Shown here piece after piece: positions 38,410-48,735 of a DNA stretch of 64,000 nt. This stretch comes from Nitrosopumilus sp. (lineage in GTDB: Archaea > Thermoproteota > Nitrososphaeria > Nitrososphaerales > Nitrosopumilaceae), in contig OZ242041.1 in the NCBI GenBank assembly GCA_965205215.1, positions 480,001-544,000 of the forward strand. The letters run 5' to 3'. Positions within the stretch are counted from its first letter, which is position 1. Each line of letters opens with the position of its first letter. Made by a program: the position numbers and the translations under genes. The notes under the pieces were generated by a model, which saw only the letters and a program-made list of their open reading frames with translations, made no database searches and was not told the origin of the DNA.

Positions 38410-39489
38410 TTGACTAAATTCACGCGACGCCTGCAGAAGATAGGAAACAGCACGCTGGTCTCGCTTCCAAAGGAGTGGGTGGACTCGCACAACCTGAAGA
38501 AGGGCGGCCGCGTCGAGCTGGAGACCGTGGGGCGCGACTCGATATCGCTCTCCGTGTCGGAAGGCGACGGCGTGGAGGCCCGCGCCACGGCCGACCTGGT
38601 CATATCGTATCCACTGCCGGCCGAGGAGAACATAGTGGCGGACACGACGGGCGCGTACCTGCTCGGGTACGACGTCATCAGGATAGAGTCCGGCGACGCC
38701 GGCGTCATACCCGTCGGCGACCGCGAGGAGATACGCAACTCGATGAGGCGGCTCGTCGGCATGGAGATCATAGAGGAGGACGCCTCGCACATCGAGATGC
38801 AGTTCCTGCTTGACGCGGCCACCCTGAGCCCGGCCAAGATACTCAAGCGCATGTCCTCCATCGCGGTCGGAATGTGCGGGGACGTCACGCGCGGGCTGGT
38901 CTCCGACGACAGGTCCAACCTGCAGACCATTCCAAACCGGGACATAGAGGTGAACAGGCAGTACTTTCTGCTCGTGCGGCTGATCAGGAGCAGCTTGGCC
39001 GACCGGCGGCTTGCAGGCGCGTTCAACCTGGGCAGCATAGACATCCTGGACTACAGGGTGGCCGCCAACCTGCTTGAGAACGCCGGCGACTCCGTAGTCG
39101 AGCTTGCAGGACTGGTGGCAGGCTCGTCCCTCTCCTCCGGGCAGTCCCAGATGATATTTGAGGCAGTCCAAGAATTTGAGAGGACGGCCTCCTTGGCGAT
39201 AGACGCGTTTACGGCGCCCGACAGGAGGCTTGCAATCGAGGCCATATCGCTGCACCGCCGCATGCAGGAGAGGCTGGCGGGACTCCGCACCATGCAGCCG
39301 GGGCCCGGCGGCCGCGCCGACGCGCGCAGCGCGGCGGCCGCCGGGGCCGCGGCCGACGGGCAAGAGGACGGGCCGGGCGGACAGCTCCCCGTCGACTTTA
39401 TAGACGTCATACACATGTATGAGAAGATTGCAAGGTCGTGGGCCGACGTGGCCGACCTTGTCAAGCCCATATATGACGACAAGGCCTAG
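38410..39489 (+). CDS. AbrB-PhoU family phosphate uptake regulator
   Basis: RRLQKIG.STLVSLPKEW, YLLGYD, RDIEVNRQYFL, LENAGD. Confidence 0.88.
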   Translation: MTKFTRRLQKIGNSTLVSLPKEWVDSHNLKKGGRVELETVGRDSISLSVSEGDGVEARATADLVISYPLPAEENIVADTTGAYLLGYDVIRIESGDAGVIPVGDREEIRNSMRRLVGMEIIEEDASHIEMQFLLDAATLSPAKILKRMSSIAVGMCGDVTRGLVSDDRSNLQTIPNRDIEVNRQYFLLVRLIRSSLADRRLAGAFNLGSIDILDYRVAANLLENAGDSVVELAGLVAGSSLSSGQSQMIFEAVQEFERTASLAIDAFTAPDRRLAIEAISLHRRMQERLAGLRTMQPGPGGRADARSAAAAGAAADGQEDGPGGQLPVDFIDVIHMYEKIARSWADVADLVKPIYDDKA

Positions 39490-40007
39490 CCGTTCTTGGA
39501 CGCGTACGCCAGGGCCGCGCATATCGTCTTCGAGTCGCGTATCCTGCCGGTCCTTATCATCTGCAGCAGCCTCTTGAGGCTCATCCTGCGTATCGTGATG
39601 TCCTCGTCGTCGTCGGGGCTCTGCCCGCCGGGGGCCGGCCTCAGTTTTGTGGCCACAAAGCAGTGTATTATCTCGGTGCTGTACCCTATGGACGGGTAGA
39701 ACGAGACCAGGCGCTTCATGCTTCCCGCCGCGAATCCCGTCTCCTCGCGCAGCTCCCTCTTGGCGCACTCCAGGGGCTCCTCCCCCCTCTCAAGCGTCCC
39801 GGCGGGTATCTCAAGGGTGGGGCCGTGCGGGAACCTGTCCTGTTCGACCAGTATCACCCTGCCGCTGTCGTCAAACGCCAGCATGGCGGCCGCGCCCGGG
39901 TGCTCTACGATCTCGCGGCGTATCTTCTTTGATGCGGGGCCGCGAGGCCTGCCCTCGTACACGCGCACGTTGATTATCTTTCCGTCGTACACGTTCCTCT
40001 TTCTCAT
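39486..40007 (-). CDS. NUDIX hydrolase (ADP-ribose pyrophosphatase-like)
   Basis: EIPAGTLERGEEPLECAKRELREETG. Confidence 0.92.
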   Translation of the reverse strand: MRKRNVYDGKIINVRVYEGRPRGPASKKIRREIVEHPGAAAMLAFDDSGRVILVEQDRFPHGPTLEIPAGTLERGEEPLECAKRELREETGFAAGSMKRLVSFYPSIGYSTEIIHCFVATKLRPAPGGQSPDDDEDITIRRMSLKRLLQMIRTGRIRDSKTICAALAYASKNG

Positions 40008-40253
40008 GTGGATGCGGCCGCGTGGCCGTTATTTATTGGGTGGCCGCGTTGGCCGCTGCTGCCGCTGCCGGGGCTTGGGAGGGACCGGGCAGCGGCGCCG
40101 TGTGGCAGGCACTTGTTTCGTAACCACCACACAAAGTCAGAGGTTTGCGCGCCCGGAGTTGGAATCAGGGAGGCGGAGCATGCAGGAGGGTGGAAAGGAA
40201 GGAGTCGCCGGATCCACCTTGAAACCTAAATAGAGATAGCCACCAGCCGTCCC

Positions 40254-42533
40254 ATGATCTGCAGACGGTTCTGGGGCACGCCCCGCTCTGTGATTGCGGC
40301 GCCGCCGAATGCAGCGGCGACGACAACGGCAACAGTTGCAATGGCGGCTGCCGTCTGCGCCATTGTAGTGGCGGCAGCCGCCTGCGCTCCGGGTCTGGCG
40401 TTTGCCGATGCTGCCACCACCCCCACCGATGCTGCCACCACCACCGCGTCCATGTCCGGCAGCGTGCTGGACGAGAGCTGGGGCTGGTTCGTCGTGGTGG
40501 GCTTCGGGGCAGTCTTTGCAGTCGTGATCACGATCGAGACGAAGGTGGAGGAGCGGTACCTGGGGGTCTCCCAGACCTCCGAGTGGTTCAACACGGCAGG
40601 CAGGGTGATCAAGACCGGACTGACCGCGGCCGCCATCGTGTCCGCGTGGACGTGGGCGGCCACCATCCTGCAGTCCTCGACGGTCGCCTACCAGTACGGG
40701 GTGAGCGGCCCGTTCTGGTACGCGGCGGGCGCGTCCATACAGGTCCTTCTCTTTGGCATACTGGCAATCGAGCTCAAGCGCAAGGCGCCCAACGCGCACA
40801 CGTTCCTGGAGATAATACGGGCCAGGTACGGCGGCGGCGCCCACCGGGTCTTCCTGGTGTTCGCCCTGATGACCAACATGATCGTAACCGCCATGCTGCT
40901 ACTCGGGGGCGCCGCGGTCGTCCACAGCCTGACGGGCATGGACATCTCCGCCGCCGCGCTGCTCATACCGGTGGGCGTCATAGTGTACACGCTGGTCGGC
41001 GGGCTGAAGGCCACGTTTATCGCAAACTACATGCACACTGCAGTCATATTCGTCGTGATACTGATCTTCGCCGGCGTGGTCTACTTTGCCAGCCCCATTA
41101 CGGGCGGCATCGAGGGCATGTACGACAAGCTCGTCGAGGCCGCGCGCACCAACCCGGTCGAGGGCAACGCGGCCGGCGCGTACCTGACCATGGCTTCGGT
41201 TGGCGGCCTGATATTCGGCGTGATTACCATAGTGGGCAACTTTGGCACCGTGTTCGTCGACCAGGCGTACTGGCAGAGGGCCATCGCCTCCAGGCCCACC
41301 GCCTCGGTCAAGGCCTTTCTGCTCGGCGGCGTGTGCTGGTTTGCCATCCCGTTCGCGCTGGCAAGCACGATGGGGCTTGCCGCCGTCGCGCTCGGGGTCG
41401 ACCTGACGCCGGAGGAGGTCCAGCTCGGGCTGACCATATCGGCCGCGGCCTCCGTCCTGATGGGGGAGGCGGGGGCCGTGCTGGTACTCGCCATACTGTT
41501 CATGGCCGTCACGGCCGCCGGATCGGCCGAGCTGATCGCCGTCTCGTCGCTGATCACATACGACGTGTACCGCACGTACAAGAGGCCTAACGCGACGGGC
41601 AGGCAGCTGCTCAGGGTGTCGCGCATATCCATAGTGGCGTTCGGGGTGGGCATGGGGGGCCTGGCCGCGGTGCTGCTCGGCATGGGCCTCTCGCTCGGGT
41701 TCGTATACCTGGCCATGGGCGTGCTGATAGGCTCCGCCGTGATACCGATAGCGCTGACCATAACGTGGAGGCACACAAACAGGTATGCCGCCACCGCGGG
41801 CGCCGTCGCCGGGCTGTTTGCCGCGCTCGGCGTGTGGGTGGGCGTTGCCGCGTCGCTGCCGGAGTTCGGGGGCGAGGTCTCGCTTGCCAGCTTGGGCCAC
41901 AACTACTCGATGCTCGCCGGGAACATAGCGGGCATAGTTACGGGCGGCGCCATAACGTTAGTCGGGAGCCTGGTGTCCCGCGCCAAGTTCGACTGGAACA
42001 TGATGAGGTACAGGATCAAGCTCGTGGACACCGGTGGCGCCGGCGTCAGGGACGACGAGGCGGATCCCGACGCCGACGAGGCGACCCTGCGAAAGGCCTT
42101 CAAGTTCAGCCTCAGGGGGGGCGTGGCAATTACGCTGACGTTGACCCTGGCGTGGCCCATGCCGCTCTTCTTTGCCGGGTACGTGTTTGACATGGGGTTC
42201 TTCTACCTGTGGGTCGGCATAGCCCTGGTCTGGGTGTGCGTCGCGACCTCCCTCATAGTCGGCCTGCCCATAATAGAGTCGAGGCACGGGATCGCTCAGG
42301 TCATGCGGCGCAAGAGGACTACTGCCGAGGAGCGGTGGGAGGAGTATTTTATGAAGGAGAGGGGCGCGGCCGTATACGACTATGACTGGTGGGACGAGGA
42401 GGAGGACGAAGAGGAGGACAGCGACGGCGCGCGCGACGACGCGCTAGTGACAGGAGAGGAGCCTGACGGAAAGGAGGAGCCTGACGGAAAGGAGGAGCCT
42501 GACGGAAAGGAGGAGCCTGACGGCAGGGCGTGA
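40254..42533 (+). CDS. Sodium:solute symporter, DUR3 (urea active transporter)-like
   Basis: SAWTWAATILQSS, GPFWYAAGA, GNFGTVFVDQAYWQRAIA, WFAIPF. Confidence 0.88.
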   Translation: MICRRFWGTPRSVIAAPPNAAATTTATVAMAAAVCAIVVAAAACAPGLAFADAATTPTDAATTTASMSGSVLDESWGWFVVVGFGAVFAVVITIETKVEERYLGVSQTSEWFNTAGRVIKTGLTAAAIVSAWTWAATILQSSTVAYQYGVSGPFWYAAGASIQVLLFGILAIELKRKAPNAHTFLEIIRARYGGGAHRVFLVFALMTNMIVTAMLLLGGAAVVHSLTGMDISAAALLIPVGVIVYTLVGGLKATFIANYMHTAVIFVVILIFAGVVYFASPITGGIEGMYDKLVEAARTNPVEGNAAGAYLTMASVGGLIFGVITIVGNFGTVFVDQAYWQRAIASRPTASVKAFLLGGVCWFAIPFALASTMGLAAVALGVDLTPEEVQLGLTISAAASVLMGEAGAVLVLAILFMAVTAAGSAELIAVSSLITYDVYRTYKRPNATGRQLLRVSRISIVAFGVGMGGLAAVLLGMGLSLGFVYLAMGVLIGSAVIPIALTITWRHTNRYAATAGAVAGLFAALGVWVGVAASLPEFGGEVSLASLGHNYSMLAGNIAGIVTGGAITLVGSLVSRAKFDWNMMRYRIKLVDTGGAGVRDDEADPDADEATLRKAFKFSLRGGVAITLTLTLAWPMPLFFAGYVFDMGFFYLWVGIALVWVCVATSLIVGLPIIESRHGIAQVMRRKRTTAEERWEEYFMKERGAAVYDYDWWDEEEDEEEDSDGARDDALVTGEEPDGKEEPDGKEEPDGKEEPDGRA
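42456..42523 (+). repeat. 18-bp in-frame tandem repeat (GAGGAGCCTGACGGAAAG x ~3.8) encoding EEPDGK
   Basis: Three perfect units plus a partial fourth at the symporter 3' end. Confidence 0.95.
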
Positions 42534-42545
42534 CCGCGCCGCGCG

Positions 42546-43466
42546 CTAGCGCCGCGCCAGGTGCAGCCTTGGCGACGCGCAGGCCTCTGCAACGGCGCCC
42601 CTCAGCCACCCGTCATAAAGCGAGATCTTTTTTGGTATGAACAGGTCGGCCGCGCTCACCGGGGGCGACTGCCTCACCTCCTCAGTCACCGCGTCCATCT
42701 CGTATATGGTCCTGCAGTACATGAACAGCACCACCTGGTTCCTTGCCACAAAGGGGGCCTGCAGGTAGTGTCCCGAGAATATCTTGTCAAGGTGCCGCAG
42801 CGCGCCGGACGGCTCGTCGTCCCCTGTCCACGCGAGCACCGCGTACGGTATGTACCCCTCCAGCTTCTCGGGATCATACGTCAGCGTGAACTGCACGTCG
42901 GGGATCGCGTGCAGCTTGTCCCTGCAGCGCGCGACGGTCTTCGGGGAGAGCCCCGTCTCCCTTGCAATGTCGTCGGTCCTGCGCCGCGGCGACTCGGCGA
43001 GCCTCCCGAGCACCTCCATGTCGGTCCTGGTCAGGCGGCCCGCGCCACCCGCGCCACCCGCGCCCCCGGCCTCGAATATCGAGAGTATCCTGACGTCGCG
43101 CATGATCTCCCGCGCCAGCTTGATCTTCTGTTGCATCTGCGCGCCGTCCTCCATCTTCACCACCACCCCGCAAACCGTTATGCCTCCCACGCACGGCACC
43201 ACCAGGTACGGGCTTCCTATCAGGCCGCACTGCCCCAGTATCTCCTCCGTGTCCTGGCCCGTCACCACCACGTACAGGACGCCGTACCCGAGCAGGGGCG
43301 GCTCTACCTTTACCGCATATCCGGTTATCACGCCGGCGTCCTCCATCTTCTGCCTGCGCGCCCTCACGGCGCCGCCCGACACGCCAAGCTTTATGCCTAT
43401 GGCGCGGTCCGACTCCCGGCAGTTGTCAAGCAGCGCGCTCAGTATGCCTATGTCCAAATTGTCCAT
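42546..43466 (-). CDS. Lrp/AsnC family regulator with two HTH modules
   Basis: MDNLDIGILSALLDNCRES...VRARRQKM; second HTH DIARETGLSPKTV. Confidence 0.88.
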   Translation of the reverse strand: MDNLDIGILSALLDNCRESDRAIGIKLGVSGGAVRARRQKMEDAGVITGYAVKVEPPLLGYGVLYVVVTGQDTEEILGQCGLIGSPYLVVPCVGGITVCGVVVKMEDGAQMQQKIKLAREIMRDVRILSIFEAGGAGGAGGAGRLTRTDMEVLGRLAESPRRRTDDIARETGLSPKTVARCRDKLHAIPDVQFTLTYDPEKLEGYIPYAVLAWTGDDEPSGALRHLDKIFSGHYLQAPFVARNQVVLFMYCRTIYEMDAVTEEVRQSPPVSAADLFIPKKISLYDGWLRGAVAEACASPRLHLARR

Positions 43467-43582
43467 TATGACATGTATTGACCACTACCATAATATAGAA
43501 ATATCTAATATGCCATGGAATTGTCCATAATTTTCTTAATTAGCATGAAATACATTATATATCAGACTCGGGTACACATACC

Positions 43583-44770
43583 ATGGGCTACAGGCCTCGT
43601 CTTGCCAAGAGAATGCTCTTCAACCGCAGGGGCAGCCTGATAGGGGCGGTGCTTGCCGTCACCATCGGGATACTCGTGATACACGTCAACTTTGTCATAT
43701 TCCAGGGACTCTATGACGCCATAGTCCGCGACATAGGCGACTACCGCACCGGGGACATCATAATTACGGACGAGGACAGCTTCATCACGAGGTCCGACCT
43801 GGCCGTCGCAAGCTGGTTTGAGCGAAACCCGTCGGTGGAGGCCGTCGCGCCCAGGCTCTCGGCCTCGGCCGAGATCAACATCACAAAGGGAGGCCAGCTG
43901 ATCGAGGAGACGCGCGTGCCGATCGTGGGCGTCGACCCGTACCGCGACATCAGGGCGTCGACGGTGCACAAGACCATATCGGAGGGCAGCTACGTGTTTG
44001 CGCGCAACTCCGTGGTGCTGGGCACCAACGTGGCAAGGGACCTAGGAGGGGCCACGGTCGGCGACAGCGTCAAGGTGATGATCGTCGACAGGTGGGGTGA
44101 GGAGCAGGTCAGGCGCCTCGTGGTGTCCGGCATCGCCAGCTCGCCGGGCGGCCAGGGGTTCGACTATACCGTGGTGATGCACATTGACACGCTCCGCGAC
44201 ATGATGGCGCGCGAGGGGGAGACCGGCTCGTTCATGGTCAGGATGGCCGACGAGGGGCAGGCCGCGGCCGTGCGCGACCTGTTCCTGCGCTCGTTTCCAA
44301 ACGACGACTTTGTGGCCGAGACCATAGAGGAGGCCTCCGAGGAGCAGCTGCAGGGGTTCCGGTCCGGCATAGCGATGATAAACATGATAGGGTACTTTGG
44401 GATGATGTCCTCCGCGTTTGCTATCGTAACCATACAGATGATGATAGTCAACGGCAAGACGCGCGAGATCGGGATACTGCGCGCGCTGGGCGCCAGGCGC
44501 CGCGACGTGCTGGTGATATTCATCATGCAGGGCATGCTGATAGGCGCGATAGGCGCCGGGGTGGGGACCGCGGCGGGCCTGTCGTACACGTTTTACGCAA
44601 AGGAGACCAAGATGTCGTTTAACAATAGCCTGCCGCTGGAGGTGAGCTACGACTGGACCAAGATACTGCAGACCGCGCTGACCTCGTTTGCGCTTGCGGT
44701 GGTGGCGTCGCTGTACCCGTCGTATCGGGCGACCAAGCTGGTGCCTGTGGAGGCGATGAGGGCTGTCTGA
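43583..44770 (+). CDS. ABC transporter permease (MacB/FtsX/LolE family)
   Basis: KTREIGILRALGA, SLYPSYRATKL.PVEAMR. Confidence 0.92.
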   Translation: MGYRPRLAKRMLFNRRGSLIGAVLAVTIGILVIHVNFVIFQGLYDAIVRDIGDYRTGDIIITDEDSFITRSDLAVASWFERNPSVEAVAPRLSASAEINITKGGQLIEETRVPIVGVDPYRDIRASTVHKTISEGSYVFARNSVVLGTNVARDLGGATVGDSVKVMIVDRWGEEQVRRLVVSGIASSPGGQGFDYTVVMHIDTLRDMMAREGETGSFMVRMADEGQAAAVRDLFLRSFPNDDFVAETIEEASEEQLQGFRSGIAMINMIGYFGMMSSAFAIVTIQMMIVNGKTREIGILRALGARRRDVLVIFIMQGMLIGAIGAGVGTAAGLSYTFYAKETKMSFNNSLPLEVSYDWTKILQTALTSFALAVVASLYPSYRATKLVPVEAMRAV

Positions 44771-44792
44771 CGGCGCAGGGAGGGGAGAAGTC

Positions 44793-45566
44793 GTGCTGCG
44801 GGCGCGCGGTGTCACAAAGTCGTACGGGCAGGACGAGACCCGCGTGACGGCGCTGCGCGGCGCGTCCTTTGACATACGCCGCGGGGAGTTCGTGCTGATC
44901 GTGGGCGCGTCAGGCAGCGGCAAGACCACGCTGCTCAACATGATAGGGCTCCTGAGCTCGCCGACTCGCGGCCGCGTCATAATCGAGGGCGTGGACACGA
45001 CCAGGCTGGGCAGCTCCGGCATTGCCGCGTTCCGCAACAGGCGCCTGGGGTTCGTGGCCCAGTTTGCGAACCTGCTTGTGGATCTGACCATACTCGAGAA
45101 CGTGATGCTGCCCAGGCAGATTGCCGGCGGTGGCTGGGCGCGCGGCGACAGGCCGCGGCGCGACGCGCTGAAGTTGCTGAGGTCGGTCGGCCTGGAGGCG
45201 CAGGCGGCGCAGCGCGCAAACAAGGTCTCGGGCGGGCAGGCGCAGAGGGCGGCGATCGCCAGAGGGCTGATAAACAGGCCCTCGATCGTGCTTGCCGACG
45301 AGCCGACGGGAAACCTCGACTCCGTGTCGTCCGAGTCCGTCGTGCGGCTCATGAAGGATACGGCCAGGAGGCTCAACCAGACGTTCGTGGTCGTGACGCA
45401 CGACAGGGAGTACTTTGGCGAGGTCGACAGGGTGATAACCGTCAGTGACGGAAGGGTGTACGAGGAGGAGGGGGGGAACGGCGGCCAGGTGGCGCCCGCC
45501 GCTACTGCCCCCGCCGCCGCCGCCACCACCACAGCAGCAGCGCGCAAGAGGGGGGTGCTTCCGTAG
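44793..45566 (+). CDS. ABC transporter ATP-binding protein (LolD-like)
   Basis: GASGSGKT, SGGQ, LADEPTGNLD, VVTHD. Confidence 0.94.
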   Translation: MLRARGVTKSYGQDETRVTALRGASFDIRRGEFVLIVGASGSGKTTLLNMIGLLSSPTRGRVIIEGVDTTRLGSSGIAAFRNRRLGFVAQFANLLVDLTILENVMLPRQIAGGGWARGDRPRRDALKLLRSVGLEAQAAQRANKVSGGQAQRAAIARGLINRPSIVLADEPTGNLDSVSSESVVRLMKDTARRLNQTFVVVTHDREYFGEVDRVITVSDGRVYEEEGGNGGQVAPAATAPAAAATTTAAARKRGVLP

Positions 45567-47129
45567 ATGGGCGCAACGGCGGCCCCGGGGATGACTATTC
45601 CAGCTGCCCCCGCCCGCCGCAGCACCCCGCGTCTGCCCGCCGCAGTCCCGCTGCCGCTGGTGCTGGCGTTGGTGTTGGTGCTGCCCCTGCTCGCGTCTGC
45701 CGCCATGCCCGCGCCGGCGCACGCCCAGGCCCCTACGTACGGCGGCTTTGGAAACTCGCCGTTTGAGCGCGACTTTGGCGACGTAAAGTTCCTTGACGCG
45801 TACTTTGGCACGGCCGACGAGAAGATAGAGGTGGAGGCTGGGGACAGCAACGTCCCGTTCACGGTGGTATTCGCAAACGTCGGCACGCAGGACATAACCG
45901 GGATCCGGGGCCAGCTGTCGATGCCGCTCGGGTTCTCCCCCTCCGACGGCCCGGGGTCGGTCATATACGCGGACAGCGACTCGAACTCCAGGGCCGGCGA
46001 GAGCTTTGCGCTCACGTTCTTTGTCAACATAGGCGCGAACACGGAGATACAGCAGTATACGGCCGCGGCCAAGGTGGACTATTCGAGGCTGCGCGAGTCC
46101 GGCACGCGCACAGCGTTTGAGACGTTTGACTTCAAGGTCACCGGCGACACGGTGGTCAACGTAAGGGCCCTGGAGCCGTTCCTGACGTCCCTGCGCGTGA
46201 ACGAGATCGACGTACTGATTGCAAACGACGGGACGGCCCCGCTTGCGGGCGTCGAGGTCACTGCCGCGAACACGCAGACGGAGCGCGTCTCGACGGCCGC
46301 CTCCACCACCAACGTCGAGAACGTGGTGCTCTCCGCCTCGAGCTGGGACCTGGGGCAGATCGGGCCCGGGGGCTCGAGTGTGATCACCACGACCGTGTAC
46401 GTCCCGGAGACGCTCAGCGGCGAGACCCTGCGCATACCGCTTGAGGTGTCGTACTACAACGCGCACGGGGACAGGGTGACAGTATCGAAGATCGTGGACT
46501 TTTTCGTAAAGGGGCTCATAGAGCTGTCGGTATTCAACGTGGGGGTGATCGAGATATCCGGCGAGCCCATGATCATAGGCGAGATCATAAACGAGGGAAA
46601 CGAGGACGGGCTCTTCGGGTTCGTGCACGTGACGCCCCTTGAGGGCTCCAACCTGAGGCCCGTCACGCAGTTCATCGACGAGATCGAGGTCGACGCGCCG
46701 GTCCCGTTCAACATACCCGCGGAGTTCGAGGGCCAGCCAAGGTACGGGGAGCACGACATCCGGATAGACGTGAGGTACAAGGACAGCATAAGGGAGGAGC
46801 ACGTGCTCAGCCACGACGCGCGGGTGGCCGTCCCGGAGCCGCCCCCGCCTGAGCGCAATCCGTTTGATTTGAGCGCGCCGGGCGACGGGGCGGGCGCCGG
46901 CCTTGGAGGAGGAGGGGGCGGCGACGGCAGCGGCGGCCCGGTCAACACGCTTGTGGCAGTCGCGATTCTCGTAGTGATAGGCGCGGTCATCGCCCTGTGG
47001 CGCGTGGCCGCGAGGCGGCGTAGCAGGCGCGACGAGGCGTACCCCGACGACGATGTGGGTGACGACGACGACGACAGCGGCATCAGCAACACCGCGGACG
47101 GCCCCCCGGGCGCGGCCGCCAAGCTGTGA
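45567..47129 (+). CDS. COG1361-type S-layer-like secreted protein with C-terminal anchor
   Basis: Signal peptide, repeated Ig-like NxG motifs, C-terminal TM; follows a MacB-type ABC pair. Confidence 0.78.
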   Translation: MGATAAPGMTIPAAPARRSTPRLPAAVPLPLVLALVLVLPLLASAAMPAPAHAQAPTYGGFGNSPFERDFGDVKFLDAYFGTADEKIEVEAGDSNVPFTVVFANVGTQDITGIRGQLSMPLGFSPSDGPGSVIYADSDSNSRAGESFALTFFVNIGANTEIQQYTAAAKVDYSRLRESGTRTAFETFDFKVTGDTVVNVRALEPFLTSLRVNEIDVLIANDGTAPLAGVEVTAANTQTERVSTAASTTNVENVVLSASSWDLGQIGPGGSSVITTTVYVPETLSGETLRIPLEVSYYNAHGDRVTVSKIVDFFVKGLIELSVFNVGVIEISGEPMIIGEIINEGNEDGLFGFVHVTPLEGSNLRPVTQFIDEIEVDAPVPFNIPAEFEGQPRYGEHDIRIDVRYKDSIREEHVLSHDARVAVPEPPPPERNPFDLSAPGDGAGAGLGGGGGGDGSGGPVNTLVAVAILVVIGAVIALWRVAARRRSRRDEAYPDDDVGDDDDDSGISNTADGPPGAAAKL

Positions 47130-47159
47130 CCCGCCCGCCGCGCGACTGGTTGGTTATTA

Positions 47160-47384
47160 ATGCGGGGCCGCGCACCGATACCGTTGGAGCTCCACAGACT
47201 CTTGGCGTTCGCGGGGGCCGCGCTGCTTGTCGCGACCTTTGCGATCAACACGAACCACACGGAAAGCGGCGACCCCGACGCGTTCAACTACGCGTATGTC
47301 ACGGGCATGGGCATGCTGGCCGCCTTTGTCGCAAGCTTTGCCGTATTCACAAAGCAGAAGATGAAGCGCGGGTTTGCATCCTGA
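47160..47384 (+). CDS. Small two-TM protein
   Basis: Two hydrophobic segments and a basic tail. Confidence 0.55.
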   Translation: MRGRAPIPLELHRLLAFAGAALLVATFAINTNHTESGDPDAFNYAYVTGMGMLAAFVASFAVFTKQKMKRGFAS

Positions 47385-47514
47385 CTTGTGAAATGTACTA
47401 TATCCTTGACGCGTATCGGTCACGTTGCACGCAGGACATCTGCCGAGCGTTTTTGTTCAGACCACTCCAGAAATATCGAATGTCTTTTCTCAGAGCCAAC
47501 CATACTAGTCACAT

Positions 47515-47766
47515 CTAGTCTTCCATAGTCTGGACTATACTCTCAATTTCTTCTATTTTCTGGACGTTTAATGAACAGTGCAAGCCGTAGCCTGTGGGCT
47601 TTTTAATGATGTAGTTTTGCTGGATCAACTTCTTGACGGCCTTCTTCACATTGCCACGTTCGTCCTTTGGAAACTTCTTGGGCAGATTGTCTACCGACGT
47701 ATGTCTGTTGCCAATATGGCAATACGCGTACATTTTCCTTAGTACCTCGATTTCAATTTCGTTCAT
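47515..47766 (-). CDS. Small basic winged-helix-like protein (AT-rich)
   Basis: HIGNRHTSVDNLPKKFP...VKKAVKKLI...KPTGYG..SLN. Confidence 0.65.
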   Translation of the reverse strand: MNEIEIEVLRKMYAYCHIGNRHTSVDNLPKKFPKDERGNVKKAVKKLIQQNYIIKKPTGYGLHCSLNVQKIEEIESIVQTMED

Positions 47767-47856
47767 GCTATAGGCGGTCAAGAACCATATATAATCCTAT
47801 TTTTTACCATATTAATGTTAATTATTTATATTACCCTCCTCCTATACAATATCGTA

Positions 47857-48195
47857 ATGACTACACAAGCAGTAGACCAACAATTGGAAGGGGATGTCGG
47901 GCCGCTAGCAAGCATCCTTCCGTGCTCGGAGTCGCGCATACTGGATCACATGATAGTCATGAAGGCGTTTGACTATTCCATCACGGACATTGCCAACATG
48001 TCGGGTGTCGGCATAAAGACCACGTTACGCATAGTCCACAGGCTTGAATCCGACGGCGTACTGCTTCGGACAAGAAACGTGGGCAGGGCGATAATGTTCA
48101 AGATCAACCCCGACTCTGAGAGGGCCAAGACCCTAGAACGGCTGTCGTTTCAGGTAGCACATGAGAGAGCCATGGGTGCAATAAATGGGCAGTAA
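47857..48195 (+). CDS. Winged helix-turn-helix protein
   Basis: RILDHM...FDYSITDIANMSGVG...RTRNVGRAIMFKIN. Confidence 0.78.
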   Translation: MTTQAVDQQLEGDVGPLASILPCSESRILDHMIVMKAFDYSITDIANMSGVGIKTTLRIVHRLESDGVLLRTRNVGRAIMFKINPDSERAKTLERLSFQVAHERAMGAINGQ

Positions 48196-48285
48196 CTGAG
48201 GGAGAGGGAGACGTTCGCGATCCGATTATGGCGCGGTCCACAGCAACCCGATCTCTAAGGTTATAACCAGCCGCACCCGTGTATA

Positions 48286-48732
48286 TTGCACATGAATGAT
48301 GCAGGCTGGCAGGAGAATGAGGGGGAGATACGCGTCCCAAAGGAGGCGCGTGAGTTCGTGCCCGACTGGGCAGAGGAGACTGTGCTGGGCGAGCCGCAGG
48401 GCTCCCGCCGGCAGTACAGGTACGGCAACCTGCACATACGGGAGTATGATGACTGCTATACCGTGCACGCGGACAGGGTGGACCCTCGCAGGGATCCGCT
48501 CGGGCACCTGGTACGCGATGCGCCCGAGGTTCTGATCGGGGCCGGCTGCGGGCTTGCGGCGGGCGCGCTTGCATACGCCGCGTCGAGGAGCATCGGAAGT
48601 AGAAACGGCAGCGGGGGGACGGGCCGCTCCCTGCTGGCGGCCGCGGCCGCGGCCGCCGCGTCGGGATACGCGTCGTATTCGGCCGCAAAAGAGGTTCGCC
48701 GCAGGCTACGCGGGCGCAGTGCCGGGGTGTGA
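48286..48732 (+). CDS. Conserved hypothetical protein
   Basis: LG..QYR.GNLHIREYDD.Y.VH.D.VDPR.DPLGHL..DAPE plus hydrophobic tail. Confidence 0.72.
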   Translation: MHMNDAGWQENEGEIRVPKEAREFVPDWAEETVLGEPQGSRRQYRYGNLHIREYDDCYTVHADRVDPRRDPLGHLVRDAPEVLIGAGCGLAAGALAYAASRSIGSRNGSGGTGRSLLAAAAAAAASGYASYSAAKEVRRRLRGRSAGV

Positions 48733-48735
48733 CCG

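Noticed and set aside
42456-42523. Possible mini CRISPR array
   Set aside because: Units are contiguous, have no spacers and are in-frame coding repeats
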